From Candidatus Hydrogenedentota bacterium (GTDB lineage Bacteria > Hydrogenedentota > Hydrogenedentia > Hydrogenedentales > JAGMZX01): a stretch of 64,000 nt of DNA. Positions 36,014-45,338 of the stretch are shown piece by piece; within the stretch, counting starts at the first letter, position 1; every line of letters starts with the position of its first letter. The translations under genes and the position numbers were made by a program. The notes beneath the pieces were generated by a model that did not search any database, was not told the origin of the DNA, and saw only the letters and a program-made list of their open reading frames with translations. Location of the stretch: assembly GCA_018005585.1 (NCBI GenBank), contig JAGMZX010000009.1, forward strand, positions 6,185 to 70,184. Reading direction: 5' to 3'.

Positions 36014-37710
36014 ACGGGGCGCCGAAACGGCAATGGCGGATTGGCGAGCAGGACCGCGCCGTCACGATGGCGCTGGCGCGCGAAGTTGGCGTCGCGCCGG
36101 TAGTGGCGAAGCTGTTGATGGCGCGCGGCGTGCATGACGGTGACGCGGCCCGTGAGTTCCTCAATCCCACGCAAAAGCAACTCAGCGACCCGTTCCTGCT
36201 TACAGACATGCTCGCCGCCGCGGACCGCATCGCCGAGGCGAGGGAGCGGGGCGAGCATGTGCGCGTGTTTGGCGATTACGATGTCGACGGGATTGCCGCG
36301 ACGGCCATCCTTTTCACGGGGCTGCGCCGGTTCGGTATCCCGCAGGTTAGTTACGGGATGCCGCAGCGGCTGGTCGAGGGGTATGGCATTAACGCCGAGC
36401 ATGTGGATGCCGCGAGCCGCGACGGCGTTTCGCTGATCATCACCGTGGACAACGGCGTGCGGGCATATGCCGCGGCCGCCCGCGCGCGGGACCTTGGGAT
36501 CGACCTCATCATCACGGACCACCATTCCATCGATGGCCCCTTGCCGGAAGCCGTGGCGGTCGTCAATCCGAAGCGCGAAACGCCGGAGCATCCGGCGTGG
36601 CGCCTTTGCGGGGCGGGTATCGCGTTCAAGCTTTCAGAGGCGCTCAACGGCACGCGCAACGACCTTGACCTGGCCGCGCTCGGCACGGTCGCCGACATTG
36701 TGCCCCTCCTTGGCGAGAACCGCGTCATTGTGACGCTGGGTCTCAAGCACATGGCGAGATACGCCCGCACGGGCCTGGCGCAGCTTGCGTCCGTGGCCGG
36801 CCTCAAGGTGCGCGAGCTACGCTCCCGCGAACTCGGTTTTCAAATCGCTCCCCGGCTCAATGCGGCGGGCCGCCTGAGCGACGGATTGACCGCGCTGCGC
36901 CTCTTGCTCGAAGAAGACACCACCGCCGCGCACGTAATGGCGCTCGAACTGCACCGGGCCAACGACGACCGCCGCGCCATCGAAAAAGCCATCTACGACG
37001 ACGCCGTTGCGGAACTGGACGGCGTATTCCGCCCGGAACAGCGCACGATCGTGCTGGCGCGGCGCGGCTGGCACCCGGGCGTCATCGGCATTGTCGCCAC
37101 GCGCGTGCAGACATGCTTTTACCGCCCCGTCTTGCTGGTCGCGATCGACGAGAACGGCATGGGCAAAGGCTCGGGCCGGAGCATCCCGGGTTTTGACCTT
37201 GTGGGCGCGCTTGGCGCGTGCGAGGGGACTTTCGAGCAATACGGCGGGCATCAGGCCGCCGCGGGGCTGACCATTCGCGAAGAGAACATCCCCGCATTCC
37301 GCGAGGCGTTCGAGGCGGAGGCGCTGCGCCGGCTTGGGCCGGACGAAATTCTGCCCGTGCTCGAAATCGACGGGCCCGTATCGCTGAGCGAACTCGACGG
37401 CGGTTTCATGAACACGCTCGCGCACCTCGAACCGTTCGGCAACAGCAATCCCGCGCCGCTCTTCTGCGCGCTGGATGTCGAACTCGTGCCGCGCTCGCCC
37501 CGCCTGTTGAACGGCGGCCATCTCAGGCTTTCCGTCCGCCAGGGCGGCCGCGTTTTTGAGGCCGTGGGTTTCGGGTTCGCCGAATGGATGCCGCCCGAGG
37601 CCGTGCCGCGCCGCCTCGACATCGCCTTCGTGCCGGAACTCAACACATACCGGAACGAGACCTACGTCCAGCTCGTGCTGCGCGACCTGCGTCCGGCTCA
37701 GGGCGGCTGA
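36010..37710 (+). CDS. recJ: Single-stranded-DNA-specific exonuclease RecJ (DHH/DHHA1)
   Basis: 'VFGDYDVDGIAA', 'IITVDNG', 'LIITDHH', DHHA1 'GGHQAAAGL'. Start overlaps the cmk stop (GTGA). Confidence 0.9.
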   Translation: MNGAPKRQWRIGEQDRAVTMALAREVGVAPVVAKLLMARGVHDGDAAREFLNPTQKQLSDPFLLTDMLAAADRIAEARERGEHVRVFGDYDVDGIAATAILFTGLRRFGIPQVSYGMPQRLVEGYGINAEHVDAASRDGVSLIITVDNGVRAYAAAARARDLGIDLIITDHHSIDGPLPEAVAVVNPKRETPEHPAWRLCGAGIAFKLSEALNGTRNDLDLAALGTVADIVPLLGENRVIVTLGLKHMARYARTGLAQLASVAGLKVRELRSRELGFQIAPRLNAAGRLSDGLTALRLLLEEDTTAAHVMALELHRANDDRRAIEKAIYDDAVAELDGVFRPEQRTIVLARRGWHPGVIGIVATRVQTCFYRPVLLVAIDENGMGKGSGRSIPGFDLVGALGACEGTFEQYGGHQAAAGLTIREENIPAFREAFEAEALRRLGPDEILPVLEIDGPVSLSELDGGFMNTLAHLEPFGNSNPAPLFCALDVELVPRSPRLLNGGHLRLSVRQGGRVFEAVGFGFAEWMPPEAVPRRLDIAFVPELNTYRNETYVQLVLRDLRPAQGG

Positions 37711-37735
37711 GACCTGCGCCGCGCCGCAGGACAGT

Positions 37736-39907
37736 TCACAGCGTATTCCGCAGGCGTTCGGTGAGGCGGGTGTTGCGGCGGGTGATCATGTTGTTGCGCA
37801 CGGCGGTGGCGATCGCCTTGGGGGTTCCGACGATGACGACGACGCGGCGCGCGCGCGTGATGGCCGTGTACAGCACGTTGCGCTGGAGCATCATGTAGTG
37901 CTGCGGCAGCAGGGCGAGCACGACCGCCGGATACTCGCTCCCCTGCGATTTGTGGACCGTCGCCGCGTAGGCGAGGCCGAGATCATCGAGGTCGTCGAAG
38001 TCGTAGAGCACTTCGTGATTGTCGAAAGAAACCCCGAGCGCGCGCTCGTCCTCGCGCACGTCCGTGATGACGCCGACGTCGCCGTTGAAGACCTCGAGTT
38101 CGTAATTGTTGCGCAATTGCATGACCTTGTCGCCTGCGCGGAAATTGCGGCGCGGCACGGGCGCGCCGTTGGGGTTGAGCGCCTGTTGCAGCGCCTCGTT
38201 GAGCCGGGTAACGCCTGCGTCGCCGCGGTGCATGGGCGCCAGCACCTGGATGTCGCGGGCCGGGTCGAAACCGAAAGAACGGGGCAGGCGGCGCTGCACC
38301 ACCTCGACGACCGTTTCGAGCGCTTGCGCCGGGTCAGAGCGCTGGATCAGGAAGAAGTCCTTTGTGTTGAACAGCGGCTGTTGACCGGTGTTGATCCGGT
38401 GCGCATTCGCGATGATCCCGCTCTCCGCCGCCTGCCGGAACACCGTATGCAGCCGCACGGTGGGGAAGCAGTTGCTCGCGATGATGTCCAGGAGCACGCT
38501 GCCGGGGCCGACGGACGGCAGTTGATCGATATCGCCGACCAGGATCAGCCGGGCGTAAGACGGCAGCGCTTTCAGCAGGTGGTGCATGAGGGCGATGTCG
38601 ATCATCGACGCCTCGTCGATGACGAGCAGCTCGACGTGCAACGGGTTATACTCGTTGCGCGTGAAGCCGCCGTTCTGCGGGCTGTATTCGAGAAGGCGGT
38701 GAATCGTGCGCGCGGGCCGGCCCGTAGCCTCTTCCATGCGTTTCGCGGCGCGGCCTGTCGGCGCGGCAAGAAGGCATACGACGCTCTTCTTCTCGTTAAT
38801 AGCCAGGATGCTCTTGATCACCGTCGTCTTGCCCGTGCCGGGACCGCCCGTGATAACCATGACCTTCGCGCTGAGCCCGATGCGCACGGCATCGCGCTGC
38901 TCCGGCGACAGTTCGATGGATTGCGCGCGCTCGGCATAGCGCAGCGCGTTGTCGACGTTCTTGATGGGGGGCAGGTCGTCCCTGGCGGCGGCCAGACGCT
39001 TCAACCGTTCGGCGCAACCGGACTCCGCGGCGTGCCAGCGCACGGCAAAGGTCCAATCGTCCTCGGCAACCATGCGGTTTTCCAGGACCAGCGCCTGAAA
39101 CGGGCTTTCAATCGCCGTTTCAGGCACTTGCAGCAGTTCCGCGCCGTCTTTCAGCAGATTTTCCCGTTTCAGGCAGACATGGCCGTCGTTTGCGGCCTCG
39201 TCCAGCACGTGCAGGAGGCCCGCCTGGATGCGTTGCGGCGCTTCGGGCGCGATGCCGAGTTCGCGCGCGATCTTGTCCGCCGTGCGGAACGCCACGCCGG
39301 AGATGTCCTGCGCCAGCCGGTACGGATTCTCGCGCAACACGGCCACGGCCCCGTCGCCGTAGCGCTTGTATATCTTGGCGGCAAGCGCCGTGCCGATGCC
39401 ATGCCCCTGCAGAAAGATCATAATCGATTGGACCGACTTCTGGCGCGCCCACGCCTCGCGGATCTGCGCCGCCCGCTTCGGGCCGATGCCGGGCACGCGC
39501 TGGAGCCGCGCCGGTTCCTCGTCGATGACGCGCAGGGTCTCGACGCCGAACGTCTCCACCAGCCGCTTCGCGTAGACCGGGCCGACGCCCTCGACCAGTC
39601 CGGAGCCGAGGTACTTCTCAATGCCCTGCACCGTCGCGGGCAGGACGGTCTGAAATGACTCGACGCGCAGTTGCCGGCCAAACCGCTTCTCGTCCACCCA
39701 GCGCCCCGTGAGCCGGACGGTTTCGCCCGGCGACACGGCCAGGAACGTGCCCACGAAGGTCAGGAGGTCCGGGCGGCCTTCCTGCTTGAGGCGGGCCACA
39801 AAGAAGCCGTTTTCGGCGTTTTCGTAGACGACGCGCTCGACCACGCCCTCGATGGTCACGAGAGGTTCGAGGTCTGTTTGTTCGGGGCTTGTGCCGCTGT
39901 TTCCCAT
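37736..39907 (-). CDS. recD2: RecD2-type ATP-dependent 5'-3' DNA helicase (RecD/TraA family, SF1B) with N-terminal HhH domains
   Basis: Walker A 'VITGGPGTGKTT', 'LLAAPTGRAAKRM', 'LLVIDEASMID', 'VGDIDQLPSVGPG', 'TVHKSQGSE'. Confidence 0.85.
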   Translation of the reverse strand: MGNSGTSPEQTDLEPLVTIEGVVERVVYENAENGFFVARLKQEGRPDLLTFVGTFLAVSPGETVRLTGRWVDEKRFGRQLRVESFQTVLPATVQGIEKYLGSGLVEGVGPVYAKRLVETFGVETLRVIDEEPARLQRVPGIGPKRAAQIREAWARQKSVQSIMIFLQGHGIGTALAAKIYKRYGDGAVAVLRENPYRLAQDISGVAFRTADKIARELGIAPEAPQRIQAGLLHVLDEAANDGHVCLKRENLLKDGAELLQVPETAIESPFQALVLENRMVAEDDWTFAVRWHAAESGCAERLKRLAAARDDLPPIKNVDNALRYAERAQSIELSPEQRDAVRIGLSAKVMVITGGPGTGKTTVIKSILAINEKKSVVCLLAAPTGRAAKRMEEATGRPARTIHRLLEYSPQNGGFTRNEYNPLHVELLVIDEASMIDIALMHHLLKALPSYARLILVGDIDQLPSVGPGSVLLDIIASNCFPTVRLHTVFRQAAESGIIANAHRINTGQQPLFNTKDFFLIQRSDPAQALETVVEVVQRRLPRSFGFDPARDIQVLAPMHRGDAGVTRLNEALQQALNPNGAPVPRRNFRAGDKVMQLRNNYELEVFNGDVGVITDVREDERALGVSFDNHEVLYDFDDLDDLGLAYAATVHKSQGSEYPAVVLALLPQHYMMLQRNVLYTAITRARRVVVIVGTPKAIATAVRNNMITRRNTRLTERLRNTL

Positions 39908-40047
39908 GTCGGGCCTGCTTCCGGTTCGCACTTGACCACGAGTAGCGGCCAAGATACGGGAATGGCGGCACGCCGCGCAAAATGGCCTTGCGCCGGCCTT
40001 TTTAAAATAGGTAAAGTAAGCCCAAACTTCCGGAGGAAGGGCGACCC

Positions 40048-40968
40048 ATGCGCGATGTAGCGGCCATATGCTGTCTGGGCTTGATCATAGCCGTTGCCTC
40101 CGGCTGCGAGGCGGGCGGCGGGGGCAAGGTCATCGGCGCCGCGATGCTCACGGCGACGCACGTGTTCTACCAGGACCTGGTAGAAGAGATGGAGGCGGCG
40201 GCGAAGGAACAGGGCTTCACGCTGCGCGTCCAGTACGCGGAATTCAACAGTCAGCGGCAAGTTGAGCAGATCGAGATGTTTATCGCTCAGGGCGTTAACG
40301 CCCTGATCATCGCGCCGACGGACTCGAGCGGCATGGGCCCGGCCATCGCGGCCGCGCGCGCGCGCGGGATACCCGTGTTTACGGCCGACATTGCCGCGAA
40401 AGATGCGGACGTGGTCAGCCATATCGCCTCGGACAACCACCAGGGCGGCGCAATCCTCGCGGAATACCTGGCGGGATTGCTCGGCGGCAAGGGTACGGTC
40501 GCGGTCATCGACAATCCCGAGGCGACATCCGTCCAGGACCGTGTGCGCGGCTTCGAGGAGACCCTGGCCAAACACCCGGATATCCGCATCGTGCAAAAGG
40601 CGCCGGGCGAGGGGCAGCGCGACAAGGCGCACAGCGCCGCCGAGAAGCTCTTGTCGGCCTATCCCGACCTGAGCGCGATCTTTGGCGTCAACGACGATTC
40701 GGCCCTGGGCGCGCTGGCGGCGGTTGAGGCGGCGGGGCTGCAGGACAAGGTCATCGTGGTGGGGTTCGACGGCACGCCCGAGGCCCGTGCGGCCATCCAG
40801 GCGGGCAAGGCGCTGAAAGCGGATACGGTGCAGTATCCGCGCGAGATTGGCCGGAAGACCATCGAGACGGTCGCGGCGTTCCTGCGCGGCGAGCGTGTGC
40901 CGAAGCAGGTCGACGTGCAGGTGGGCATCATCGACAAGGCGAAGTTGGACGCGGAGCAGGGGCCATGA
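40048..40968 (+). CDS. Sugar ABC transporter substrate-binding lipoprotein (CUT2 / ribose-type periplasmic binding protein)
   Basis: Lipobox 'AVASGC'; PBP type-I pattern 'FIAQGVNALIIAP...IPVFTADI...VGFDGTPEA'. Confidence 0.85.
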   Translation: MRDVAAICCLGLIIAVASGCEAGGGGKVIGAAMLTATHVFYQDLVEEMEAAAKEQGFTLRVQYAEFNSQRQVEQIEMFIAQGVNALIIAPTDSSGMGPAIAAARARGIPVFTADIAAKDADVVSHIASDNHQGGAILAEYLAGLLGGKGTVAVIDNPEATSVQDRVRGFEETLAKHPDIRIVQKAPGEGQRDKAHSAAEKLLSAYPDLSAIFGVNDDSALGALAAVEAAGLQDKVIVVGFDGTPEARAAIQAGKALKADTVQYPREIGRKTIETVAAFLRGERVPKQVDVQVGIIDKAKLDAEQGP

Positions 40969-42533
40969 AGACGCAAATTCCCGGACAAGGCCGGGTCATT
41001 CTCGAGATGCGGGGCGTCTCGAAGTCGTTTCCCGGCGTGAAGGCGCTGGACCGTGCGGAACTCGAGGTGCGCGCGGGCGAGGTGCACTGCCTCGTGGGCG
41101 AGAACGGCGCCGGGAAATCGACCTTGATGAAAATCCTCGCGGGCGCAGTCCCTCTGGACGAGGGCGAGATCCGCATCGACGGGCAACCGGTTCATGTTCG
41201 CTCGCCGCACCATGCCCAGCAACTGGGCATCAGCATGATCTACCAGGAATTCAACCTCAGCCCGTACTTGAGCGTGGCCGAGAATATCTTTCTCGGACGC
41301 GAGCCGCGTTACGCGCGCACGCCATTCGTGAATTGGCAGGCCATGTACGACCAGGCGCGCGAACTGCTACGCCGCATCAACGTCGACATCGACGTGCGCC
41401 GCCCGGTCAATGAACTCAGCATAGCCCAGCAGCAGATGGTCGAAATCGCGAAGGCGCTCTCTTTCGCGGCGAAGGTCATCGTGATGGACGAGCCTTCCGC
41501 CACGCTGACCGAGCATGAGTTGAACGCCTTGTTCAAGCTGATTCATGAACTCAAGCGTCAGGGTGTGGGCATTATCTACATCTCGCACCGGCTCGAGGAA
41601 CTCTTCGAGACCGGCGACCGCGTCACGATCATGCGAGATGGCAAATACGTGGGCCGCCTCGACATCAGCGCGATTACCGAACGGCGCGACGACCCGGAGC
41701 GTGCGGCGAAAATCACGGCGACACGGGACGAGATCATCCGCATGATGGTGGCGCGGAAGCTCGAAGAGGGCCTGTTTCCCAAAGAGAAGTTCCATCGCGG
41801 TGAACAGATTCTGCGCGTCGAAGGCTTGTGCCGCTACGGCGTATTTCATGACATCAACTTCTCCGTGCACAAGGGCGAGATCGTCGGGCTTACCGGGCTG
41901 GTTGGCGCGGGCCGGACCGAGGTGGCGCGCGCTATTTTCGGCGCGGACCCGCTGGACGAAGGCACGATCTATCTCGATGGGAAGCCGATCGAAGTGCGTT
42001 CCCCGCAGGACGCAATCCGGCACGGAATCGGCCTCCTGACGGAGGACCGCAAGAATCAGGGGCTCATCCTGGGGATGACGGTGCGGGAGAATACGTCGCT
42101 GGCGAACCTCAAGCAACTGGTGCGGGGGTTGTTCTTCTTGGACAAGCGCAAAGAGCGCGATGCCGCGGCCCGGCTGTCGCGAGACCTGGAGATACGCACG
42201 CCCACGGTGGAAACCGCGGTACAGACGCTGAGCGGCGGCAATCAGCAGAAGGTAGTGCTGGCGAAGTGGCTGTTCACGCAGTCGAAGGTGCTGATCTTTG
42301 ACGAACCGACGCGCGGCATTGATGTCGGCGCGAAGGTGGCCATATATGAACTCATGAACAAGCTGGTACGGCAGGGCGTCGGGGTGCTCATCATTTCGAG
42401 CGAATTGCTCGAAGTCATCGGCATGTGCGACCGCATTCTCGTGATGAACAGCGGGTGGATGCCTAACGAGGCTTCGCGGGAATTGCAGAACTGGCCTTCG
42501 CATGAATTGACGCATGCGGAAGTGAACGCGTAG
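40965..42533 (+). CDS. Sugar ABC transporter ATP-binding protein with duplicated NBDs (RbsA/MglA type)
   Basis: Two Walker A sites ('GENGAGKST', 'GLVGAGRTE') and two signature motifs ('LSIAQQQMVEIAKAL', 'LSGGNQQKVVLAKWL'). Confidence 0.9.
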   Translation: MKTQIPGQGRVILEMRGVSKSFPGVKALDRAELEVRAGEVHCLVGENGAGKSTLMKILAGAVPLDEGEIRIDGQPVHVRSPHHAQQLGISMIYQEFNLSPYLSVAENIFLGREPRYARTPFVNWQAMYDQARELLRRINVDIDVRRPVNELSIAQQQMVEIAKALSFAAKVIVMDEPSATLTEHELNALFKLIHELKRQGVGIIYISHRLEELFETGDRVTIMRDGKYVGRLDISAITERRDDPERAAKITATRDEIIRMMVARKLEEGLFPKEKFHRGEQILRVEGLCRYGVFHDINFSVHKGEIVGLTGLVGAGRTEVARAIFGADPLDEGTIYLDGKPIEVRSPQDAIRHGIGLLTEDRKNQGLILGMTVRENTSLANLKQLVRGLFFLDKRKERDAAARLSRDLEIRTPTVETAVQTLSGGNQQKVVLAKWLFTQSKVLIFDEPTRGIDVGAKVAIYELMNKLVRQGVGVLIISSELLEVIGMCDRILVMNSGWMPNEASRELQNWPSHELTHAEVNA

Positions 42534-42562
42534 GCGCTGCGCGCCGGAAGAGGAGCGAAATC

Positions 42563-44197
42563 ATGATGCAAAAGAAGCAACCGGCGGGGGGAGGAAAGAA
42601 GAAGGGAAAGGCTTCGCCCAAGAAGAAGGAACAGCTCCCGCCGCAGGCGACCGCTGGCGGCAAACCGGCGCAGGAAACGCCGGAGGAGTCGGTGCTCGTC
42701 CGTGAAGCGGCGCGGAAAGCGGCTGAAGCGGTGAAGGCTCAGCCGGGTGCGCCCGCGGAACCGCCGCTGCGCCTCGAAGTCGAGGGGGGAAGAGGCGCGG
42801 CGGCCGCAGCCAAGAAGGGAGAGAAGACCGGCCAGGAAAAGATCATGGACCTGGCGACGAAGAAGATGCCGCCGCTGCCGCAGAAGGAGCGCGCCCGGTC
42901 GCGGCGCGGCTACGCGTGGCTGATTGTGGGTATCGTCGGGGTCGTCCTGGGCGTCGTCGCCGGCCCATACGTGGGCCCCAAGTTCGCGTTCTTGCCCAAT
43001 CCCCAATTGCGCGAGATTGAACGGCTGAACGGCGTCATTTCCGGGCTGCAGGTGGACATCGACGACTTGTCCGCCGCCAATACCGGCCTTGAAGGGCAGG
43101 TGGGGGCGTTGACCAGCGAGCGCGACACGCTGCAGAAACAGAAGGCCGCTCTCACGGACCACGCGGCGGCGCTGTCTTCCGCCGCGGTGAAGCTCGAGGA
43201 AGGCTGCGCTGCGGCGTATGCAGAGATTGAGCAGTTGCGCGGCAGGGTCACGGGCTTGACCACGGAACGGGACCAGTTGACGCAATCGGTGCAGACGTTG
43301 ACCTCCGAACAGGAACAGTTGCAGCAGGAACACGCGAACCTGGCCGCGCAATTCGAGCAATTGCAGCAGGACCATACCGCGCTCACCGCGGACAAGGAGC
43401 AGTTGGGGCAGGAATTGAATGCGGCGCTGGACGAGACGCGGCAACTTAAGGAGAACAATACGGGCCTGACGCAGGAGAACGCGGCTTTGACTGCGACGCT
43501 CGACAAGGCGCGGCAGGACGCCGCCGCGGCGCAGCAGGCGCACGAAGCGCTGGCCGCCGAGCATGCGGCGCTGCAGGAACGCGTCACGGCGCTCGAGCAG
43601 GAGCTTGCGCAGCAGAAGGAAGTCGCAGCGGCGGAAATGGACGCGTTGCGGAAAAATGTCGAGGCGCTGGGAACGGAGAACGCGGGCATCAAGGAAGTGC
43701 ATGAGAGCCTGACGGCGGAAAACAACACGTTGAAGGAGACGACCCGCGGCCTCACCGAAGAGAATGCGCGCCTGCGCGAAGAGAGCGAAACACTGGCGCA
43801 AGCGAAGGCTGCGCTGGAGGCCGAAATCGCGGCGGCGCGCCAGCAGGCGGAACAACTGGCCGCGCGCGCGGAGGCCATGCGGAATTATTACGTCACCAAG
43901 ATGATGGTTACCGACGCGGCGGGCACACAGAGCGTCGCGGTCGCGGAATGCGTCTTGCAGGGGGATGACGGCGCGTTTGTCTATCGCACGGTGGACGGCG
44001 CGCACGTGGGCTCCTTCGAACGCAAGCCGGAGACGGAAGGCGGCGCCTGGGGGTATCGCGAGAACCTCGATGACGCGGCGCGCGCCCAAGTCGAGCAACT
44101 GATTGCGGGGGCGCGCCCCGCGGACTACGAGGCGCGCCTGAACGCCCTCGCGGACGCTGCGCCCGCGCAACCGGCGCCGCCCGGCGATGGCGGCTGA
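42563..44197 (+). CDS. Membrane-anchored coiled-coil protein (544 aa): Lys-rich basic N-terminus, single TM, about 300-aa coiled coil, C-terminal globular domain. Embedded between the ABC ATPase and permease genes.
   Basis: TM 'YAWLIVGIVGVVLGVVAGPYVG'; heptad-like E/Q/L/A-rich run 'LTSEQEQLQQEHANLAAQFEQLQQDHTALTADKEQLGQELNAALDETRQLKENN...'. Starts 30 bp after the ATPase stop and overlaps the permease start by 11 bp. The antisense 678-aa ORF is an Arg-rich artefact. Confidence 0.7.
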   Translation: MMQKKQPAGGGKKKGKASPKKKEQLPPQATAGGKPAQETPEESVLVREAARKAAEAVKAQPGAPAEPPLRLEVEGGRGAAAAAKKGEKTGQEKIMDLATKKMPPLPQKERARSRRGYAWLIVGIVGVVLGVVAGPYVGPKFAFLPNPQLREIERLNGVISGLQVDIDDLSAANTGLEGQVGALTSERDTLQKQKAALTDHAAALSSAAVKLEEGCAAAYAEIEQLRGRVTGLTTERDQLTQSVQTLTSEQEQLQQEHANLAAQFEQLQQDHTALTADKEQLGQELNAALDETRQLKENNTGLTQENAALTATLDKARQDAAAAQQAHEALAAEHAALQERVTALEQELAQQKEVAAAEMDALRKNVEALGTENAGIKEVHESLTAENNTLKETTRGLTEENARLREESETLAQAKAALEAEIAAARQQAEQLAARAEAMRNYYVTKMMVTDAAGTQSVAVAECVLQGDDGAFVYRTVDGAHVGSFERKPETEGGAWGYRENLDDAARAQVEQLIAGARPADYEARLNALADAAPAQPAPPGDGG

Positions 44198-45176
44198 GCC
44201 GCGCCCAATCGACGCCGCAACGCGCCGCCTGCTCGTGTTCGGGCCGCTGCTGGCGGCGTTGTTCGTCGAGGTGATCATTTTTGAGTTTGTCGGACGGTAT
44301 CAGGGGAAACCGTCCTTCTTTTCTTTCGACAACGCAATCCTGATCCTGAATCAGTCCTCCGTGCACGGAGTCGTTGCCGTAGGGATGACTTTCGTAATCC
44401 TCACGGGCGGTATTGACCTTTCAGCGGGCTCGATGCTCGCGTTCGCGGGCGTGATCTGCGCGCTTGTGACCCGGTACGGAGGCGAACCGGCGGCGCCGTG
44501 GATCGGCGGCGGCTGGATTGCGGCCTTGGTCTTGGGCGCGGGCGCGGGCGCGCTTGTCGGGTTGCTGGTCACGCGCTTCGCCATTCCGCCGTTCATCGCG
44601 ACGCTTGCGCTGATGAGTTCGCTTCGCGGATTGGGCAACCTGATCACCGACGGCAAGCCCGTATCGCCTTTGCCTGACCTTTACGCTCAGGTGGGCCGCT
44701 ACCAATTGTTCGGGCACGTGCCCGTGAGCGTGTTGTTCTTTGTCGCCGTGCTCGTGTGCGGGGCCGTGCTGCTCAACATGACGCAATTCGGCCGGTACGT
44801 CTACGCCATCGGCGGCAGCGAGGAATCGGCCCGGCTCAGCGGCGTGAACGTCGCCCGCGTCAAGGTCAAGGTTTACATGTTGTGCAGCGCGCTCACCGCG
44901 TTGGCCGGGCTTATGCTCTCGTCGCGGCTCGGCGCGGGCAGCCCGAAGGTCGGCGTCGGCGACGAACTCGCCGTGATCGCCGCGGTCGTCGTGGGCGGCA
45001 CCAGTCTCAGCGGCGGCCGCGGCAGCGTCGTCGGGACCTTCGTCGGGCTGCTTGTGGTCTCGGTGCTCAACAGCGGCCTCACCTGGATCGGCGTCGAGAC
45101 CTTCGGCCAGCAGGTCACGCTCGGGCTGGTCATCCTCGCGGCCGTCCTGCTCGACAAGCTCAAGGGGCAGGCGTGA
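44187..45176 (+). CDS. Sugar ABC transporter permease (RbsC/CUT2 family)
   Basis: 10-TM-type hydrophobic profile with conserved 'ILTGGIDLSAGSMLAFAGV', 'YVYAIGGSEESARLSGVNV'. Confidence 0.85.
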   Translation: MAAEPRPIDAATRRLLVFGPLLAALFVEVIIFEFVGRYQGKPSFFSFDNAILILNQSSVHGVVAVGMTFVILTGGIDLSAGSMLAFAGVICALVTRYGGEPAAPWIGGGWIAALVLGAGAGALVGLLVTRFAIPPFIATLALMSSLRGLGNLITDGKPVSPLPDLYAQVGRYQLFGHVPVSVLFFVAVLVCGAVLLNMTQFGRYVYAIGGSEESARLSGVNVARVKVKVYMLCSALTALAGLMLSSRLGAGSPKVGVGDELAVIAAVVVGGTSLSGGRGSVVGTFVGLLVVSVLNSGLTWIGVETFGQQVTLGLVILAAVLLDKLKGQA

Positions 45177-45284
45177 GCGTATAGCGGCCAAAAGGACCAG
45201 GCGGATGGGTGAGGCGCTGCTGTCTACCGCGCCCTTTTCTCTTCGTCCTTCAGGCCGTTTTCGTCCTGTGGGCCCCTTTGCGGT

Positions 45285-45312
45285 TTGCGTGTGGGCCTCG
45301 AATTGCTACAAT
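45285..45312 (+). promoter_or_regulatory. Sigma70-like promoter TTGCGT-N16-TACAAT (-10 preceded by TG) upstream of the sulfatase gene
   Basis: Read directly. Confidence 0.4.
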
Positions 45313-45338
45313 GCGCGGGGAAACGGAAGGAAGGGACC

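Noticed and set aside
40000-40030. Hairpin GGCC-ttgcgcc-GGCC followed by TTTTT between divergent recD2 and SBP genes as a terminator
   Set aside because: The stem is only 4 bp and it lies between divergently transcribed genes. More likely it is part of the AT-rich promoter region for the ABC operon.
42242-44278. 678-aa minus-strand ORF antisense to the coiled-coil gene
   Set aside because: The translation is Arg/Leu-rich low complexity (RRRVAAS..., LRLRQ...) typical of antisense of a GC-rich coiled-coil gene. The plus-strand frame gives a coherent TM plus heptad protein and fits the operon.
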